The translations under genes were made by a program, and so were the position numbers. The notes below the pieces were generated by a model, which was given only the letters and a program-made list of their open reading frames with translations, did no database searches and was not told where the DNA came from. This document shows positions 59,700 through 64,000 of a stretch of 64,000 nucleotides of DNA, piece after piece. Source of the DNA: a bacterium. GTDB lineage: Bacteria > Verrucomicrobiota > Verrucomicrobiia > Limisphaerales > RI-55. Location: NCBI GenBank assembly GCA_016124235.1, contig WGOC01000013.1, forward strand, positions 153,416 to 217,415, written 5' to 3'. How positions within the stretch are numbered: the stretch's first letter is position 1; the number at the start of each line of letters is the position of its first letter.

Positions 59700-62000
59700 T
59701 CATTCAAATTGTTCGATCGGCTGCGTGGTGTTGGGATCCGGTCGTGGGATGTTGGTGCTGGTGTTGATCCATTGACGCAGGAGCTCGATGGCGCGCGCGT
59801 CCGGGACGTTGCGCGTGACGGGCGGCATCTGTGTGGCGAGTTCGGTGGAGTTGAGCCGGATGAACATGCTGGATTTGTGAACGTCTCCCGGCGTCGCGAT
59901 TTTCAGATCGTCGATCCCCAGATTGTTCCGCACTCCGCCGTAGAAGATTCCCTGTTTGGAGAGCGGGGTTTCAAATCGCGCGTCCCACTGCGCTCCGGTG
60001 CCGCCCGGGCGATGACAGTTCGCGCAATTGCCGTCGAGGTAGGAGCGCATACGATCGTCCACGGAGGCGCGTGCGTCGTCGCTCTTCACCGTGTGGGGAA
60101 GCGCGGCGAGTGAACCCTCATCAAGCTTGGTGGTGAACATTCCCATGGTGTTCCATTTGCGAAGCTGATTCGCGCTCGTTCCATTCGGGTAAGTGAAATC
60201 GCCATTGAGCTGACGCGCCTTCGGGCCAAGCACAAATCCAGCATTGGGCGTGTGACAAAGAATGCACGCGCCGCGCGAAGGGTACGTCCACGTTTGTTCA
60301 TGCGCGACACCGTGCGCGTCCTGCGTTTTCAACACTTCCTCTTCGCCCTCCGCTTTTACCAGATCGGCATCACTGCCATCTGCGCGCCAACGATACGTCG
60401 CGCCGTAGCCGAACTTGCCGGTGTCATCCAGAACCAATACGCGTGTTTCGAGGCGTCGCTTGTTCGCGTCGGATTTGTTCGTCGCAATGTTCAGTTGCTG
60501 CACGAAGAGCGCGCCGCCCGGCCAGGTGAATTCGTTGGCCGGCGAGAAGCCAATCTTCTTGCCCTCCGGCAACATGACCCAACGCTGGATGTCCGCGCCG
60601 TCCACCCAGATCGTGCTGTTCAACGTGTAAGGAACAAACCCGGCACGCGGCGTGAGCGCGTTGTCGGTAAAAATTCCGGTCGCAGAAAGTGTGGCGGGCA
60701 TGGCGCCCTCTGAATTGGCGGGAAGGTTGATTCCCTTGAGTACAAGACGGGCGTTGCGATCAACCGGCTTTTGCGCGAGCTCCACGTCCTGATCGCCGCC
60801 GATCCATCGCACTCGCCAGAGCGATCCGTTGTGGCTTGCGCTGTTCGCTTCGTCCGAGCCGCCGGGAATCCCCGCGCGTTCGATGTACCAAAGCGAGCCG
60901 TCCGGGGCGGTGGCGATGTCCAACGCGCGGTTGATGCCGTCGGCAAAATCGTGTCGCACCGATGGCTGCGCGGGATCGATGTATTTGATCCAACCGCCGT
61001 AGTCGCCGAAGAAAAACTTGCCCGTGTATTGCGCCGGGAACGCATCGTTGCCCGGGTGCGCCGGATTGTAAAAATCACCGCCGCACAACGCGAGGCCCTT
61101 GCCGATGCCGTGATCGTAAGGATACTCCGGCGCGCGGTAGTCGGCGGGTAATTCCTGATTGCGCGGCGGGCCGTCGATCTTCGGCCAGCCGTAGTTCACG
61201 CGCACCGGCGCACTCGCGGTCTCGTAGCGTTCGATCTGCTCAAACTGCGCGCCGACCATGCTGATATAGAGCTTCCCCGTTCCCGGCTGCACGGCGATGC
61301 TGAACGGATTGCGCAGACCAAGCGCGACGATCGCGCGGTTCTTCCCAGCGAATTCGTCGTAGTACGGATTGTCGGTCGGAATCGAGCCGTCCTTGTTCCA
61401 GCGCATCAGCTTGCCGAGCAGATTGCCGGGATCCTGCGCGTTCGTGTCCTTCGCATTTTCGCCGGTGCTCAGATAGAGTTTTCCGTCCGCGCCAAAGGCC
61501 AATCCGCCGCCGTTGTGCCAGCCGATCTTTGACAGATTGTCGATCTCGATCAGCACGACCTCGCTGTCGTGCACCGCCGCGTCGCCCTTCGCGGTGAACC
61601 GGCTGACGCGATTGTTGCTCGATGTGTGTCGGGTGTCCTTTGGATCGCGATTGTGCGTGTAATAAACGTAAACCCAGCCGTTGCTCTCGAAGTCGGGATC
61701 AAAACACACGCTCAACAATCCGCGTTCGTTCCAGCTGTCGATCTTGTCCGTGAGATCGAGAAACGGTTGCGTGAGCAACTTCCCGTCGCGCACGACACGC
61801 AGCACGCCGTGCTTCTCGCAAAGGAACAAGCGCCCGTCCGGCGCAAACGCCATCGTCGTCGGATTGAGCCCGGTCGCCACTTGTGTCTCGGCGAAACCCG
61901 GCGGCAGGTTTGCAGCACGGGCGCTTGCGGTTCCCATCAACAACATCCCGGCGACGCAACCGAACAATGCGGCGGGCAAATACGATTTTCTATCGAGCAT
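59700..62000 (-). CDS. Glucose/sorbosone (PQQ-type) dehydrogenase domain + C-terminal dihaem cytochrome c domain
   Basis: PTTMAFAPDGR, ERGLL, HNGG, GLRNPF, NYGWP; RRLETR, CILCH, CANCH. Confidence 0.88.
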   Translation of the reverse strand: MLDRKSYLPAALFGCVAGMLLMGTASARAANLPPGFAETQVATGLNPTTMAFAPDGRLFLCEKHGVLRVVRDGKLLTQPFLDLTDKIDSWNERGLLSVCFDPDFESNGWVYVYYTHNRDPKDTRHTSSNNRVSRFTAKGDAAVHDSEVVLIEIDNLSKIGWHNGGGLAFGADGKLYLSTGENAKDTNAQDPGNLLGKLMRWNKDGSIPTDNPYYDEFAGKNRAIVALGLRNPFSIAVQPGTGKLYISMVGAQFEQIERYETASAPVRVNYGWPKIDGPPRNQELPADYRAPEYPYDHGIGKGLALCGGDFYNPAHPGNDAFPAQYTGKFFFGDYGGWIKYIDPAQPSVRHDFADGINRALDIATAPDGSLWYIERAGIPGGSDEANSASHNGSLWRVRWIGGDQDVELAQKPVDRNARLVLKGINLPANSEGAMPATLSATGIFTDNALTPRAGFVPYTLNSTIWVDGADIQRWVMLPEGKKIGFSPANEFTWPGGALFVQQLNIATNKSDANKRRLETRVLVLDDTGKFGYGATYRWRADGSDADLVKAEGEEEVLKTQDAHGVAHEQTWTYPSRGACILCHTPNAGFVLGPKARQLNGDFTYPNGTSANQLRKWNTMGMFTTKLDEGSLAALPHTVKSDDARASVDDRMRSYLDGNCANCHRPGGTGAQWDARFETPLSKQGIFYGGVRNNLGIDDLKIATPGDVHKSSMFIRLNSTELATQMPPVTRNVPDARAIELLRQWINTSTNIPRPDPNTTQPIEQFE

Positions 62001-62096
62001 GGTATAAAATTCTATGCGATCTCCGACGCGAAACGCGACCCGATCAGGACGCCACATTCGGCGACTTCATTCAACCGGGCGTTGTTCCTCTCCGAC

Positions 62097-62146
62097 AACA
62101 AAAAACAAGGAGCCGAGACGGGCAGTCCCGCGCACGACTCCTTGTT
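62097..62146 (-). terminator. Intrinsic terminator between the two dehydrogenase genes
   Basis: Minus strand AACAAGGAG...CTCCTTGTT followed by TTTGTTG. Confidence 0.6.
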
Positions 62147-62188
62147 GGTTTGAGTTAAAATTGGTCCAAACGCACGCTGCTAGCGAAG

Positions 62189-63973
62189 TCAGTCCTCCTT
62201 CGTTTTGTTAAACTCGGTCTTCGAGAAATCGATCTGGTAGATCATGCCGTTGAAGCCGACGACGTAGATATTGCCCGCTTCGTCTTCGCCGAACGAGACG
62301 ACAGGCTGTGGCGATTTGCCGATGACGCGCGCGGATTCCAGCACGCCGTCTTTCTGCTTCAAGGCGAAGAGCAGATTGGACGTGTAGTCGCCGCAGATGT
62401 AGGTGCCGTAGAAGGAGGAATCCTTGTCGCCGCGATACACGAAACCGCCAGTGACGGACGCGCCGTATTTGCGACGATACGCGAACACGGGCGGCGTGTA
62501 GGCGCGATCGGCGTACCGGTATTCGTTCGAGAATGGCTCGAAGCCTTCATACACATTCCAGCCGTAGTTGTGGCCGGGTTGCACGATGTCGACTTCCTCC
62601 ACGCGATTCTGGCCAACGTCGCCGAGCCAGAGATCGCCGGTCACCCGGTCGAAGCAGAAACGCCACGGATTGCGAAAGCCATAGGCCCAGATTTCAGGCC
62701 GCACGTCGCTGCGCTTCACAAACGGGTTGTCCTTGGGAATGGAATACGCGCGATCGTCCGTCGGATGATCGACGTCGATTCGCATGATGGTGCCGAGCAA
62801 TGTGGACGTATCCTGCGCGTGCCCATTCGGATCGGTTTGCGGGCCGGTATCGCCCATCACGACGTAGAGATATCCGTCCGGTCCGAACTCGATGCAGCCG
62901 CCGCTGTGATCTTCCGCGACGCTCGTGAACCGGATGATCTCGCAGGCCGGCTTTCCGGAGTCCTTTTCGAATGCCTCGTCCACCTGCTTTTCTTCAATGA
63001 TCGAGCGGACTTTGCCGTCCTCGAAGATCTGATAATAGAGGTAATATTTCCGGTTCTTCAAAAAATCCGGATGAAACGTCATGTCGAGCAAACCGTTCGG
63101 ACCGCGATCGCTGAACACGCGTTCCGTCATGTCCGCGAATAGATTCTTCTTCTCACCGTCCGCCGTCTTTTCCATCCGCCAAATGAATCCCTTTTGATGC
63201 AGGACGAAGAACACGTTCGAATGACCAGGCATCTGATGAAATGCAGTCAAACCGGTGAGCACGCGGCCGCGCGGAATGGCAAGTGGCTCAGTGAAGAAAG
63301 GTTTCAAACCAACCGGTTGCGCCAGCTCGGGAATATCCACCGGCATACCACGATTGCTCGCGAGCATGTTCGCCGGTTGCTTGAGATTGGCGAGATATTC
63401 GACGAGATCCGTGAATTCCTCGTGCGTCAGCCCGGCCTGCAAACCTTCGGGCATGAGTGAAATTTCGCTGCCGTGTTGCGAAGCGATGTCTGCAGTGGGA
63501 ATAGAAACGAGCTTCCCGTCCGCTCCCATCAATTCCACGCCTGCGTCACCGGACTTTTTGAGTATGCCCTGGTATTCCGCACCGGTCTTTGTGGTGACAA
63601 CCACGGTGGTATAGCCGACCGCGATGCTGGCCGATGGTTCCAGCACCGCCTTGATCAAATCGCCGCGTCCGAACTTGTCGCCTGCGGCGAATAGGTCCGG
63701 TCCTGCCTTGCCCGCGCTGCCATCGGTCGTGTGGCAATTCGAGCACGCGAGTCGTTTTGGGTCGTGGAAAAGTTCTTCGCCGCGCTTCACGTCGCCCAAA
63801 TGGTTCAAGGCGAAGTTGCGATAGGCCTCGCGATCACGATCGGCCGCGGTCGTTTGCGCGATGCCCTGCAACTGTAGACCAAGAATTGCCCACGAAAGTG
63901 AGACACAAGGCAGGAGTTTGATGAACGTTTTCAAAGGTGAGCGAGCGTGATGATTTTGATCGTCGATCGTCAA
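62189..63973 (-). CDS. N-terminal haem-binding cytochrome c domain + glucose/sorbosone dehydrogenase domain
   Basis: GDVKRGEELF, CSNCH, GPDL, SLMPEGL; HSGG, FGPDGYLY, YGFRNPWR, GDVGQ, NYGW, SFGED. Confidence 0.9.
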   Translation of the reverse strand: MTIDDQNHHARSPLKTFIKLLPCVSLSWAILGLQLQGIAQTTAADRDREAYRNFALNHLGDVKRGEELFHDPKRLACSNCHTTDGSAGKAGPDLFAAGDKFGRGDLIKAVLEPSASIAVGYTTVVVTTKTGAEYQGILKKSGDAGVELMGADGKLVSIPTADIASQHGSEISLMPEGLQAGLTHEEFTDLVEYLANLKQPANMLASNRGMPVDIPELAQPVGLKPFFTEPLAIPRGRVLTGLTAFHQMPGHSNVFFVLHQKGFIWRMEKTADGEKKNLFADMTERVFSDRGPNGLLDMTFHPDFLKNRKYYLYYQIFEDGKVRSIIEEKQVDEAFEKDSGKPACEIIRFTSVAEDHSGGCIEFGPDGYLYVVMGDTGPQTDPNGHAQDTSTLLGTIMRIDVDHPTDDRAYSIPKDNPFVKRSDVRPEIWAYGFRNPWRFCFDRVTGDLWLGDVGQNRVEEVDIVQPGHNYGWNVYEGFEPFSNEYRYADRAYTPPVFAYRRKYGASVTGGFVYRGDKDSSFYGTYICGDYTSNLLFALKQKDGVLESARVIGKSPQPVVSFGEDEAGNIYVVGFNGMIYQIDFSKTEFNKTKED

Positions 63974-64000
63974 GAGCCCAAACTTCTGTCCGGCGAAGTG

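Overview
A roughly 58% GC bacterial window, most consistent with Verrucomicrobiota (Pedosphaerales/Limisphaerales-like). This is inferred from the STNL..W...RFYR module, DUF1080/TIGR03067/GSDH-cytochrome families and Thr-Asn-rich exported proteins. Left to right: the 3' end of a photolyase; a haem c + Cu-monooxygenase + TPR lipoprotein converging on a four-gene minus-strand cluster (membrane pentahaem-TPR protein, CRTAC1/ASPIC protein, RaSEA-like radical SAM enzyme, flavin-dependent halogenase); a beta-barrel, a thioredoxin and DUF493; tamB-tamA; an integrase-less array of integron-like cassettes with attC-like sites, a toxin-antitoxin pair and an orphan, fully synonymous duplicate of the last 40 tamA codons; miaA, DUF1080 and mutY; a probable deletion scar; a 2056-aa secreted protein; xylB, a lactonase, DUF362, a sulfatase and an ABC permease; a BioF-like/dipeptide epimerase/DUF819 operon; an FHA-cyclase; and a carbohydrate block (manA, galM, GH127, GH39-esterase, GH92, two cytochrome-fused sugar dehydrogenases). 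No rRNA, tRNA, CRISPR array, integrase or transposase was seen. The best leads are the halogenase/radical SAM/multihaem/Cu-monooxygenase cluster, the chimeric cassette array with a displaced tamA tail, and a strong Thr-Asn dipeptide bias in exported proteins. All family calls come from motif recognition by eye, not database searches.
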